DNA of 64,000 bases from the sequence record NC_061421.1, one strand, 5' to 3'. Every line of letters starts with the position of its first letter. Positions within the stretch are counted from its first letter, which is position 1. Of the stretch, positions 46,082 to 55,657 are shown one piece after another. Below the pieces are notes generated by a model. The model made no database searches, was not told the DNA's origin, and saw only the letters and a program-made list of their open reading frames with translations. The position numbers were made by a program, and so were the translations under genes.

Positions 46082-46588
46082 TTAACCTCCGTAACTGTTA
46101 TCGAAACCAAAAGACGTCCCCTCGATAACGAGAATGACTTTACTTTCCGGCGGATAAATAACATCCAGCGCCGATCTGATTTCTTCGTTCACGTTAAATC
46201 TGGCTTTAATGCAACCACAGATATTTTTCATTAATTCCTTACTTTTATTTTCATTGAGCATAATTCGAACAATGAGATCGGCGTCATCGTCAATAGATGC
46301 TTGCGTCTCAATCCCATCGGTTTCCACGTTATATTCGAAGCGAACGTTGTCCGCCGAAACGTTATGAACACTAAAACCTTCTGGTACCGTATGGTATTCT
46401 ACGCCAGACGAAATTAGCGCGACAATTTTCTCGATTTCATTGCGAGAGATTTTACAAACTTCCGCCTTTAAACGCTCAATGGCTTCTTTTTCACTGTTTC
46501 GGTGTTTTTGAATAGCGTCAAGAGCCATAGGGGAAGAAACGAAACTTTTGATCACTTCTGCGATTTTTGACGGTTCAGTGGATTTCAT
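46082..46588 (-). CDS. Hypothetical protein
   Basis: 168-aa ORF, first after a promoter motif. Confidence 0.7.
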   Translation of the reverse strand: MKSTEPSKIAEVIKSFVSSPMALDAIQKHRNSEKEAIERLKAEVCKISRNEIEKIVALISSGVEYHTVPEGFSVHNVSADNVRFEYNVETDGIETQASIDDDADLIVRIMLNENKSKELMKNICGCIKARFNVNEEIRSALDVIYPPESKVILVIEGTSFGFDNSYGG

Positions 46589-46651
46589 GATATTTTTCCT
46601 TTTGTTGATTTCAGAACAATTAAAGAGTGAATGTTTTTCTACTTCATTAAG

Positions 46652-46659
46652 GTGATATA
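46652..46659 (-). promoter_or_regulatory. Putative early promoter motif TATATCAC
   Basis: Intergenic, downstream of terminator 46687-46714. Confidence 0.65.
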
Positions 46660-46686
46660 GACTTTAAATGTAATCGAAACAAAAAA

Positions 46687-46714
46687 TAAAAGAGGGGCAT
46701 CTGCCCCTCTTTTA
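46687..46714. terminator. Terminator hairpin
   Basis: TAAAAGAGGGGC-atct-GCCCCTCTTTTA. Confidence 0.8.
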
Positions 46715-46724
46715 TAGCGTTACC

Positions 46725-48029
46725 TTAGTTCAGTTTCCTGCGCTCCTGTACGACAATCTCCCCTTCTTTCAGGTAGATTTTCTTACGCGGTTTACGCAGG
46801 GCTTTCGCCAGCGAGATGTTTTCTGAAGGCGTGACTTCGAAAGCCGGGAGTCCAGCAGCAGCGCGAGCCTCAATGGCTTCCATCGGTGTAAGCAGACGGA
46901 AATGTAATGGTTCCCCCATGTAATGACGACCATCACGCATTAACGCCGGTTCGATCTGAGTTTTGTCAGTCAGGTTAGTGGTGATGATCATTTTACGTGT
47001 AATAGCGCTTCCTACGCCATCGGTTTCGTTCAGCAGTTCAGCCATCATTTCGTTACCATGGCTACGTGGTGCGATCAGAAGATCACCGTCTTCTACGATA
47101 ATCACCGGGAATGCGGGTTCTTTCCTTTTTACCCCAATTTCTACAGTGGGAAGATTAGGTTGAGTTGCCATCTGGTCAAATATTTTACGCTCTTTAAACA
47201 AAACATCGCGGCCTGCGCCGTTAATGACCTGCGCTTTCTCCATGTAATTGTCACTGAAGTTGAAGATAGAAGAAATGAAATCTTTGTATTCGATCACTTC
47301 CTTTTTCTTCACGTAGATCGGCATGAGATTCAGCGCTGTGGCCGCAGAAGAAATAGCCGTGGATTTCCCGGTACCGGGTTCGCCCATCAGGATCAGTACT
47401 GTTTCATCGGAAGCGATAAAGTCTTCGATGAGGTTAACAATCCCACCGTCAAGGTAGGGGTAAAATGCGTTGTGAGTATGGCCAGAGTGCTGAATTTCCT
47501 TTTTCTTCAACCCCAATCCCTCACCAAACATATTTTTCTCAATGACGGTCTCGTAATAGTAACGACTGTCGTCTTTTGGCGGCTCCGTCGTGTCAAGTTT
47601 GATGTTTTCACGGACAGCCGCCCATAAGGCGTCATAGAGATCTTTTGACAGAATACCAGAGAATTGCAGTAGCGTCTTCTCCCCGCCAAGCACACGAAGA
47701 AAACCGACAGGGCGATTGTAGCGGTCCAACGCGATAAACTGGTCGTCGTCGTACTGAAAGAAACCGTGTTTTTCCAGGAATACGGAAACCCACTGTGTTT
47801 CCGAGAAGTAGTGGATAGACGCGTTTATGTAGTCGCTGGAATCAAGACCAAAAATTGGTAATTGATTGGCGGCCAGAAAGTGACGCACCATATTTTTTGG
47901 AGAGAGCTCATCATTATCGTTGCCGACCAATGCAGCGAATGCATCATAAGCCTCAGCGAATGAATCAAAAACGTCATTCAGTAATTTGTGAGAGCGAGTG
48001 AGATTTGCTACAGCATTAGAATAAGACAT
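46725..48029 (-). CDS. AAA+ ATPase
   Basis: GEPGTGKS, IIVEDGD, LLNETDG, ITTN, ALMRDGR. Confidence 0.9.
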   Translation of the reverse strand: MSYSNAVANLTRSHKLLNDVFDSFAEAYDAFAALVGNDNDELSPKNMVRHFLAANQLPIFGLDSSDYINASIHYFSETQWVSVFLEKHGFFQYDDDQFIALDRYNRPVGFLRVLGGEKTLLQFSGILSKDLYDALWAAVRENIKLDTTEPPKDDSRYYYETVIEKNMFGEGLGLKKKEIQHSGHTHNAFYPYLDGGIVNLIEDFIASDETVLILMGEPGTGKSTAISSAATALNLMPIYVKKKEVIEYKDFISSIFNFSDNYMEKAQVINGAGRDVLFKERKIFDQMATQPNLPTVEIGVKRKEPAFPVIIVEDGDLLIAPRSHGNEMMAELLNETDGVGSAITRKMIITTNLTDKTQIEPALMRDGRHYMGEPLHFRLLTPMEAIEARAAAGLPAFEVTPSENISLAKALRKPRKKIYLKEGEIVVQERRKLN

Positions 48030-48085
48030 TTCGATTCCTCATTAAGTTAGTGAAAAATGAACTTTATGTTCGTTGTATCAATGCA

Positions 48086-48093
48086 GTGATATA
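48086..48093 (-). promoter_or_regulatory. Putative early promoter motif TATATCAC
   Basis: 57 nt upstream of the AAA gene. Confidence 0.65.
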
Positions 48094-48119
48094 TAAGCAA
48101 AAATATTTTCAAAATATAA

Positions 48120-48144
48120 GATGGAGAGGCAACGCCTCTCCATC
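48120..48144. terminator. Terminator hairpin
   Basis: GATGGAGAGGC-aac-GCCTCTCCATC. Confidence 0.7.
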
Positions 48145-48146
48145 GA

Positions 48147-48497
48147 TCAGTGAAAATATTGATAAGACCAAAACCCCAACCATACTGAGGCCATCACCAA
48201 AGTAAAAACATTTAGCATTACGCCAAGCATAGTTGCAAAAGTATTTTTCTGGTAATGACGACGGCGTATTAAGTACCCGGGGTAATAGAGCACCCAAAAG
48301 AAACTCGGCGAGTTACCAGTTTTATTCCCTAAAACAAATTTATCCATCGCTATCAGATAAGTCATCCAGAAGAAATAAATGACAGACATCAACCAAAGCG
48401 AATTAAACGGCCAAAAGGTAACGATGGGATGATAGGCCCAGAGAAAATAATAACCGAAGGTGAGCAGGTAGCCGAGCAGGAAAAAGAAATTCTTCAT
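48147..48497 (-). CDS. Membrane protein
   Basis: Three to four TM-like segments; start moved to MKNFFF (ATGA overlap). Confidence 0.65.
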   Translation of the reverse strand: MKNFFFLLGYLLTFGYYFLWAYHPIVTFWPFNSLWLMSVIYFFWMTYLIAMDKFVLGNKTGNSPSFFWVLYYPGYLIRRRHYQKNTFATMLGVMLNVFTLVMASVWLGFWSYQYFH

Positions 48498-48949
48498 TGC
48501 AGGCACTGCGTAGAAAAACCGCGAAGGAAGCGAAAGATATCTTCCCGGGATTTCAGATCGGTTAACTCTTGCCATGGCGCTTCTTTCCAGAACTGAACTG
48601 AAAGCGAGTAGCGATTGATGCAACCCGCGTAACTGTCAACGTAAACGTTTAAACGGATAGCGAAGATACTGGAGAGTCGCGGAGTTTTGATTGGTAAACG
48701 AATGACAAAATTAGCGTAGGTGCCGCTGATCGACTCGAGAAAAGTTTCCGAGAAAAATTCCAGCTTCGGAAAATAATGCGGGTCGATATAAGGAGCTTTC
48801 AGAATATTGTTGCCGCCGCCCAACCAGTTTGCGGTATCTTTCAGGGACCGCAAGAACAGTTGTTTATTCCGTTCAGGAAAATCAGGGCGGTCCAATTTAA
48901 CGAACCCTAATAATTCTTTACCAAGAACAACTTTTGTATCAAATTTCAT
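48494..48949 (-). CDS. Hypothetical protein
   Basis: TAATG overlap with upstream gene. Confidence 0.65.
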   Translation of the reverse strand: MKFDTKVVLGKELLGFVKLDRPDFPERNKQLFLRSLKDTANWLGGGNNILKAPYIDPHYFPKLEFFSETFLESISGTYANFVIRLPIKTPRLSSIFAIRLNVYVDSYAGCINRYSLSVQFWKEAPWQELTDLKSREDIFRFLRGFSTQCLQ

Positions 48950-49257
48950 TATTTTCTCCAAATTAAGGGAATTGTAAACCTAGAAGGGATTTTGCGATGT
49001 TTGAGTTTAGCTTTGGCTTTACCTGAGCAAATTACCTCTAGCTCAAAACTTTCAGGTAAGAGAAGGTCCATTCGTTTAACTTTCTCGACTAGACCTTTCA
49101 CTGAGACCGGATCGCATGAAGCAATGACTCCCCCACCAATGGCCCTGTTATCTAGCAATAAATTACTTTGTAGTTTGATAGGGTCTAAAATACTCTGTAC
49201 ATCTATTACCCATTTTTCAAGGCCGGGTATTTCATGATAGTTGGGGAGCGTTTTCAT
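48949..49257 (-). CDS. Hypothetical protein
   Basis: 102-aa ORF. Confidence 0.6.
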   Translation of the reverse strand: MKTLPNYHEIPGLEKWVIDVQSILDPIKLQSNLLLDNRAIGGGVIASCDPVSVKGLVEKVKRMDLLLPESFELEVICSGKAKAKLKHRKIPSRFTIPLIWRK

Positions 49258-49260
49258 TTT

Positions 49261-50952
49261 TTATTCCTTTGGTTTTTTACCGGTGATGCGCAATGTGACA
49301 GGTTGCCAAATACCGCGTTCGGTGGCAGCGTGTTCTGCGCGTTGTAGAATAGCCGCTGTATCTGGCCATTCTGTAATAACAGGAAGAACTTCTTTGAGAG
49401 GGATGTCCATTTTCAGTTCATCTCCCTCAAACCACGCTTCACTGTTATCCGCTAACCATTCCGAATTATCAATGGTAACAGCGATTTTTTGATCCGCTTT
49501 TCGAGCAAGGTTATCCACGAGGATGTCGGCATATCCGGTAAGGAGTTCGCGGTTTTTCACCGACTCTTCGGAACTGAAAACTCGCCCAGAATGAATCGAC
49601 CAGAACTCCGCGCCAAAGTGGGCGTATCCGCTAACCTTACGCTCTCCTTTGAGGCCGGACGAACCAAAGAAGCGAATAGCCGGGGAACTTAAAAAAGCTC
49701 GCCAGCGCATTGCATCGCGTAAAAGGTCGGTAGAAAGCGGCTTTAATTTAAAACCATCGGGGTCTTTAACATACTCGCCATCTAACGTCTGGCGGAAGTA
49801 TTCGATGTCTTGTTCGGTTAAAGGTCTGAGAGTTACTGCGCCGCCGCCGTTCTTCAGATCAACGACAAGTTTACCATCTTCCTTAGAGAGGGCTCCGGTT
49901 CCTGGATCAAACCCATAAATTACCGGCGCAGGAGAATTGTCTTTCTCCGCCCGCAAAGCACGATTTTCCGATTGCTTTTGAGTCAACCGGTCATCCGTTG
50001 CTTCTTTCTCCAGCTCTGCCAAAGACTCTCTAGCTTGTCGTTGACGGGCCAACTCTTCACGGATAAACCCCTGAAGTTCCTCTGACGTTTCTGTTAGCGA
50101 GATAACGTAGTGATCGTTCTTACTGGGGGTATCCTTCAGATAAAATCCTAGCGGGTTATTAAATTCGTTATGAAAAATAACCGATATGGTGTCACCAACA
50201 GATTTAACACTGATTTCCTTAATCGGTCCGTAATAATCCTGACCGTTCAGCGTTTCATAAAGCGACCGAATTTCATCCTCAATATCTTCATTGAGTTGTG
50301 CTTTAGGGTAAGGAGCAGTCATTCCCGGCTCCATTATTCCCCAGTCCCACTCTACGATCTCTTTTATTTCCCGAGGTACTCTATTGGACAAGTTGTTCTG
50401 TAACGATCTGATTGATTCTTCAGTCGCCAAAATAACATGGTCGCTACCGGGGAGGATTACCCCTGCGCGACCTTCTAAACCCAGGTAATCTTTTACCAGT
50501 CTACGTGTGTCGAGGGTAAATGAATTTGGCCCGCATTCGATAATCGGGTTAAAACCCACAGCGCTGATCTTTCTGCGAAGGTCAGCGAGTTCCTGGGCCA
50601 TCCGGCGTACTTCGTACATGAAAACAGTACACCCTTCCGGTTGAGTGGGAAGTGTTTGGTAGTATTCAATACGGCTCAGGGGGAGTTGGTCTTGTTTGTC
50701 CATTTCAACCTCAGTGAGTTTGTCTAATAATGCGATTTCGTTGTAAGCACCAAATACAGTCTCAAGACCATATTTGAACTCATGAATTTGGTCGATAGGT
50801 AGTTTGCCGTAAAAGATATAATCGATATCGTTTTTCGGTTCGCAGATAATCCCACCTAACGCCTCAATGCGTTTAGCGTATTGCTCACGGGTAAAACGAC
50901 TAAACTCACCGACGAGCGCAATGTTCATCTTCTCTAAGCTTTCACCTGACAT
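49261..50952 (-). CDS. Mosaic protein with N-terminal BRCT-like domain
   Basis: NIALVGEFSRFTREQYAKRIEALGG....DIDYIFYG; central coiled coil; DAMRWRAFL module. Confidence 0.65.
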   Translation of the reverse strand: MSGESLEKMNIALVGEFSRFTREQYAKRIEALGGIICEPKNDIDYIFYGKLPIDQIHEFKYGLETVFGAYNEIALLDKLTEVEMDKQDQLPLSRIEYYQTLPTQPEGCTVFMYEVRRMAQELADLRRKISAVGFNPIIECGPNSFTLDTRRLVKDYLGLEGRAGVILPGSDHVILATEESIRSLQNNLSNRVPREIKEIVEWDWGIMEPGMTAPYPKAQLNEDIEDEIRSLYETLNGQDYYGPIKEISVKSVGDTISVIFHNEFNNPLGFYLKDTPSKNDHYVISLTETSEELQGFIREELARQRQARESLAELEKEATDDRLTQKQSENRALRAEKDNSPAPVIYGFDPGTGALSKEDGKLVVDLKNGGGAVTLRPLTEQDIEYFRQTLDGEYVKDPDGFKLKPLSTDLLRDAMRWRAFLSSPAIRFFGSSGLKGERKVSGYAHFGAEFWSIHSGRVFSSEESVKNRELLTGYADILVDNLARKADQKIAVTIDNSEWLADNSEAWFEGDELKMDIPLKEVLPVITEWPDTAAILQRAEHAATERGIWQPVTLRITGKKPKE

Positions 50953-50954
50953 TT

Positions 50955-52199
50955 TTACCCCTTCACGCAGACTATTTGTTTCAACGTAAAAAGAACTTCC
51001 ACGAGATCGTCTTGCGAACGCATTACATCGTCAATGTTCTTATACGCTTTTGGTGTTTCATCGATGACATCTTTGTCTTTGCGGCATTCGACGCCTTCAG
51101 TGTCACGTATTTGATCTTCTACTGTGAAGACACGTTTTGCTTCTCCACGGGACATCAGACGACCGGCGCCATGGGAACACGAGCAGAATGATTCTGAATT
51201 CCCTTTCCCGCGTACCACAAATGTTTTTGCACCCATCGACCCGGGAATAATAGCGAGATCGGTTGTCCTGGCTCTGACCGCCCCTTTACGGGTAACAAGG
51301 ACGTTTTGATCAAAGTGATTTTCCAGCGCAACGTAGTTATGATGACAATTGATGGCGGTCACTTTATTCTCGAAGGGTTTTTGTAAAACCTTATGCAGCG
51401 CAATCAGTGTTGCATTGAGCATAATGGCGCGGTTTACAGCCGCGAAGTCCTGTGCCCATTGCACAGCTTCTAGGTAGTCTTTGTAGTAGACCGACCCTTC
51501 CGGTAAATAAGCCAGGTCGTCATCAACTAAATGGATAAAGAAACGCGCCATTTCTTCCTTTGCTTTCTCAATGAAGAAACGACCAATTGCGTTACCTATA
51601 CCGCGAGAACCGGAATGAATTACTATCCAAAGTGAGTCATTCTGGTCGAGTGATAATTCAACAAAATGATTGCCGCTACCCAACGTTCCTGCGTGTGAAG
51701 CAAAACGGTTCGCGTTACGTAACAGAGTAGGGTATTTATCAGTGATGAACTTCAAGCGATTCTCTAATGAGACTAACTCGGCTTTAAGCTGTAGCGTTAA
51801 GTTTTGAGGGTCATTATTACCCCACGCTCCCCGGTCGTTCGGCCCACCGTTATCGGTACGGCCATGGGGGATGAGTTGTTCAATCGCGCTACGAATACCG
51901 GAAAGATCTGTTGGTAAGTCCTCGCGTTTTAACGATGTCTGTTGACCCACCAACCCGCAACCAATGTCAACACCAAGCGCAGCAGGAATAATGGCCCCCT
52001 TTGTTGCAATGACAGAACCTATTGTCGCACCCATCCCCCAGTGGACATCGGGCATGACTGCGATATGCTTGAAGATAAACGGTAAGGTAGTGAGGTTATG
52101 AAGTTGTTTTTCTGCCTGCTCTTCCACTGGGACAAATTTTGTCCAAGATTTAATGTTGACTTTGTCACCTTTAATAAAAACAATATTTGAATCTGACAT
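50955..52199 (-). CDS. rtcB: RtcB RNA ligase (tRNA repair)
   Basis: MPDVHWG, GVDIGCG, GTLGSGNHFVE, HSGSRG, HHNY, RKGA, PGSMG, SHGAGR, DETPKAYK. Confidence 0.97.
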   Translation of the reverse strand: MSDSNIVFIKGDKVNIKSWTKFVPVEEQAEKQLHNLTTLPFIFKHIAVMPDVHWGMGATIGSVIATKGAIIPAALGVDIGCGLVGQQTSLKREDLPTDLSGIRSAIEQLIPHGRTDNGGPNDRGAWGNNDPQNLTLQLKAELVSLENRLKFITDKYPTLLRNANRFASHAGTLGSGNHFVELSLDQNDSLWIVIHSGSRGIGNAIGRFFIEKAKEEMARFFIHLVDDDLAYLPEGSVYYKDYLEAVQWAQDFAAVNRAIMLNATLIALHKVLQKPFENKVTAINCHHNYVALENHFDQNVLVTRKGAVRARTTDLAIIPGSMGAKTFVVRGKGNSESFCSCSHGAGRLMSRGEAKRVFTVEDQIRDTEGVECRKDKDVIDETPKAYKNIDDVMRSQDDLVEVLFTLKQIVCVKG

Positions 52200-52213
52200 T
52201 TTTATTTCCTCAG

Positions 52214-52933
52214 TTATTTAACCATGTTACGGCATTGTTCCAGAGTGAAACCTTTCTCCATGAGATCGGCCACCATGATTTCATGTTGCATTTTATACTG
52301 CTCAAACAACACTTTTATCTCAACAACAGTACCCGCGCTGTCTACTAGTTTAACCGTGAAAGATTCTTCGTTGACGGCGTACGTATTGGTTACAAAGAAC
52401 TCCTGTAACGCTTTTAAAATCAACCCCATTAGAAAGAAGTTGGGTAAATCCAGAAACAGATCGTGATACTCCGTAAGTCCCTTGCCCCAACGATAATAAA
52501 TATCAAGGACATCTACGTTTGGCCCAGAAAAAGATATCGGACCACCTTCGTTTTTCTTTATCGTGATCACGTTCTGTTTAAGTATAACCTCCTTAAAGAA
52601 AATCTCATTAAACAAAGCGCGGTCGTAATGGTAGGGAAGAATTTTAATTTGGAAGCAGGATTCCAAATCCTCTCCGGGTAATTCGTTGACCATAGGGTAC
52701 ATGGCACGTTCCCAGTAACTATTTTTATCGTCACCTACTTCTTTTACGGTGTCGAGATAGGAAAGCCAACCCCGTAGAATGGAGTCAAACACGGGATTAG
52801 CGAAGAAGTCGGGGACAGTTGTTACTATCTTCTCCAACCTGTCAAGGAACGCCCCAGTCATCTCAAGTGGGTCAGTGTGTTCTCGATTCTCGTCCGGATC
52901 AACATCTGTTTGCGCTAATAAATTAAAGTCCAT
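52214..52933 (-). CDS. Hypothetical protein
   Basis: 239-aa ORF. Confidence 0.7.
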   Translation of the reverse strand: MDFNLLAQTDVDPDENREHTDPLEMTGAFLDRLEKIVTTVPDFFANPVFDSILRGWLSYLDTVKEVGDDKNSYWERAMYPMVNELPGEDLESCFQIKILPYHYDRALFNEIFFKEVILKQNVITIKKNEGGPISFSGPNVDVLDIYYRWGKGLTEYHDLFLDLPNFFLMGLILKALQEFFVTNTYAVNEESFTVKLVDSAGTVVEIKVLFEQYKMQHEIMVADLMEKGFTLEQCRNMVK

Positions 52934-52951
52934 CCCTTCCGCCTTTTTTAA

Positions 52952-53515
52952 TTAGAACCAATCCTCAATGACCCTTTCCAGGTCACCTACGCTACTACTC
53001 AACCATTTCGTTTCGTCCGTCCATTCTGTCCAAGGTTGAACTTCGTCTAACAAAGAACAACCTTTACGCACTTTGATAACGGAAAGATCGAGATTAAAAA
53101 CAATCTCGTGTTGAGTCAGTTGCAAATAGAAGATCCCCGTCTGTGATTCTTCATCCCAGTAGGTCCCGCTGGAGTAGGGTAAGGTAGAGCCCTCTTCATT
53201 TTTTCCTTGAACCCCTTCATCCCAAAATCGTTTTACCCATGGACCAGTTTCATCGAGATCTCTTTCAGCTCTGTCAGAAAAATCGATAAAGGTAAACTGC
53301 CACCGAGAAATGAGTTTTTTCATTTTCTCAACGAGGACTTTTCGGGTCAGGGGCTCTTCTGCAAATGTAGGCGAATTAAAGAGTGGTTCTTCTTTCCGTT
53401 CCATTTGCTCACGAATTTTCCCAGTGAGATCCCAGCGCTCGGTATGCTCCGCCAATTCACTTAGAATCTCGTCCACTACTTCACGAGTGAGTACAACCAC
53501 TTTATCGTTAAACAT
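52952..53515 (-). CDS. Hypothetical acidic protein
   Basis: 187-aa ORF. Confidence 0.7.
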   Translation of the reverse strand: MFNDKVVVLTREVVDEILSELAEHTERWDLTGKIREQMERKEEPLFNSPTFAEEPLTRKVLVEKMKKLISRWQFTFIDFSDRAERDLDETGPWVKRFWDEGVQGKNEEGSTLPYSSGTYWDEESQTGIFYLQLTQHEIVFNLDLSVIKVRKGCSLLDEVQPWTEWTDETKWLSSSVGDLERVIEDWF

Positions 53516-53517
53516 CT

Positions 53518-53787
53518 TTAGAGCACCTTATTAATCAAATACAGTTTCACCCGGACAATAACTTCATGACAATAGTCGTTATCAGAGATCGCTTCTAAAG
53601 CAGAACATTCGATAGCAGTAAGAATCCTTCTTGGTTGCCACCCGCCTGCCAGCGCCGCATCAATGAATCCCGTCCAATCAATAGTGAATCCTGCGTTAAA
53701 TATTTTACCTACTGCGATATCTAACGGCAAACCGTGAGTAGCCACCAGGAAGAACAATTTATCTCCCGAGAACAAATTATTTTTCAT
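53518..53787 (-). CDS. Small protein resembling an alanyl-tRNA synthetase helical subdomain
   Basis: SGDKLFFLVATHGLPLDI...GFTIDWTGF vs AlaRS SGEDAFKLYDTYGFPLDL...GLTVDEEGF. Confidence 0.6.
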   Translation of the reverse strand: MKNNLFSGDKLFFLVATHGLPLDIAVGKIFNAGFTIDWTGFIDAALAGGWQPRRILTAIECSALEAISDNDYCHEVIVRVKLYLINKVL

Positions 53788-54289
53788 TTCGCAATTTCCC
53801 TCCGATTGCATCGATTTCATCCATCAAGGGCTTCAGTGCATAAAGGCCCTCAATCGCTTCTAACGAATGATCTGCCCGTAACCGAGACACACTCTCACGA
53901 TGACGTTCAAACCACTCAGCGTCCGTTTCAGGGACTTCTAAGATCTCCCACCAACGTGCGGTAGATTTCTTTTTCCGACCGAACCGTTTCCCTTCGCGAA
54001 GCTCTACTTCTTGAATAACAAAACGACCTCTCCCGGTGACTACTTCCTCGAGGTCACTGATGGGTGAATATTCTTCGGTGACGTTACCTGCCCACATCTC
54101 CTTGAAATTGATTTCCCAACGGCATCGACTGCCCCAAGCAAAATAAATCCCAGTAGTTTCGATTAAAATAACTTTGCCATTTTCAGAGGTAAATGATGCC
54201 GCCGGGGAAACGCCTCGCCGGAACCAAGTGCGGCTACCAATGATTAACATTTTACCGTGTTCACTGGAGACAAACGAGGCTAAGATCAT
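53777..54289 (-). CDS. Hypothetical protein
   Basis: TAATG overlap. Confidence 0.65.
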   Translation of the reverse strand: MILASFVSSEHGKMLIIGSRTWFRRGVSPAASFTSENGKVILIETTGIYFAWGSRCRWEINFKEMWAGNVTEEYSPISDLEEVVTGRGRFVIQEVELREGKRFGRKKKSTARWWEILEVPETDAEWFERHRESVSRLRADHSLEAIEGLYALKPLMDEIDAIGGKLRNEK

Positions 54290-54663
54290 TATTTTATTCT
54301 CCACATTCTGCGGGCTATACGTCGCTCTGCCGGACTCGTTGGCTCATGACTGCCAGTATTGTAAACGTCGAATAAATAATCACCTGTACCTTCTTCTATT
54401 AAAATCTTTCTTCCTGAGCGAAAAAATTCTGCGCGAGATTTTCGCTCATGGTCGTAAACACTTTCTATTTCCTCTACCGAGACACCAAAAACCGCACCCA
54501 GTTCTTCTAAACGCAAACCGGAGGAAATTGCTTTTTCAATGTCGACCCCGATGAGCCTCTCCGAAATTTCGAAGCGCTCCTGTCTGTGCCGGTCCATCAT
54601 TTCATGTTGCGCCTTAACAAGTCGACCTAAACTACTGTCCCAAAAATCGTCGTAGTTTGACAT
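54289..54663 (-). CDS. HTH-containing protein
   Basis: GLRLEELGAVFGVSVEEIE; similar to 42406..42639. Confidence 0.6.
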   Translation of the reverse strand: MSNYDDFWDSSLGRLVKAQHEMMDRHRQERFEISERLIGVDIEKAISSGLRLEELGAVFGVSVEEIESVYDHERKSRAEFFRSGRKILIEEGTGDYLFDVYNTGSHEPTSPAERRIARRMWRIK

Positions 54664-54664
54664 T

Positions 54665-55048
54665 TTATTCTCCGGTATCCATTGCGCCTTGGATGAGATT
54701 ATCGAGTTCCACAAATTCTTCAAATGTGGTATTTAAGTCCATAGACCCTGACATTTGGTAGTTACGGAAATTATGATACCGCTGCTCTTGATCGGTAAGA
54801 GGAGTGTATTCACCTCTCCCCTTTTTAATTTCCATTTTATAAATTTTTCGGCGATTAAGGCTCGTCAAAATACTGTCTTGAAGAGCAGTCAGACGTTGGA
54901 TGGTGATGGTTTTATCTGTTACCCGAAGCCGTGTGTCTTGTAAAGAAGATAAATTGTCACCGTTCGGCGTCACGATAATTAAATTAGGACGAGAGGCACA
55001 AAACTCACGGATTCTTTTCAGGAGACTTGTCAAAGACTCATCATTCAT
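54665..55048 (-). CDS. Hypothetical protein
   Basis: ATGA overlap; GAGG SD. Confidence 0.65.
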   Translation of the reverse strand: MNDESLTSLLKRIREFCASRPNLIIVTPNGDNLSSLQDTRLRVTDKTITIQRLTALQDSILTSLNRRKIYKMEIKKGRGEYTPLTDQEQRYHNFRNYQMSGSMDLNTTFEEFVELDNLIQGAMDTGE

Positions 55049-55290
55049 TTTGTTTTCCTCAGGTGCCATTGTACAATGATTTCTTCGTAAAGTTTATTTG
55101 CTGATTCTTGGTCGTGAAAATGAAACCACTCGAAATTGCTGGGGTTGGAATAATAAAGTACCCCGATGGACGGTTTAGATTCACCCCAGAGCGGGAAATG
55201 TTTTTGAATAGGTGGCGTGACATGTACCAATTCATCGAAATTGACGACACGGCCATTGATCACAATTTTCTTTAGGTTAGTATCGGCCAT
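55045..55290 (-). CDS. Hypothetical protein
   Basis: Start moved to MADTN (AAGGGGG SD). Confidence 0.65.
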   Translation of the reverse strand: MADTNLKKIVINGRVVNFDELVHVTPPIQKHFPLWGESKPSIGVLYYSNPSNFEWFHFHDQESANKLYEEIIVQWHLRKTK

Positions 55291-55318
55291 GTTATGAAAC
55301 CCCCTTGTTAAGAGTGAA

Positions 55319-55657
55319 ATGAATATGAGACTGGACGACGGTATTCTAACTTTCTTTTGCCCGGGTTGCGAGACCACCCATTCTGTTTCGGTCGAACCAA
55401 CTGACCCTTGTTACTGGACGTGGAATGGGTCGTTAGAGAAACCAACGTTATCTCCGAGTGTTTTGACCCGCTCCGGTCATTACGTGGACGGTAGTCATGG
55501 TTGCTGGTGTAACTATTATACCGCGCACCCGGAAGAAGAAGTTGTCTTTAAGTGTTATCGCTGCCACAGCTTTATCCGCGACGGCAATATTGAATTCCTT
55601 TCTGACTGCAGCCATAAATTGGCAGGGCAGACTGTTCCTTTAGATCCATTAAAGTGA
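55319..55657 (+). CDS. DUF6527-like Cys/His metal-binding protein
   Basis: FFCPGCETTH...WTWNGSLEKPTLSPSVL...RCHSFIRDGNIEFLSDCSHKLAGQTVPL. Confidence 0.75.
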   Translation: MNMRLDDGILTFFCPGCETTHSVSVEPTDPCYWTWNGSLEKPTLSPSVLTRSGHYVDGSHGCWCNYYTAHPEEEVVFKCYRCHSFIRDGNIEFLSDCSHKLAGQTVPLDPLK

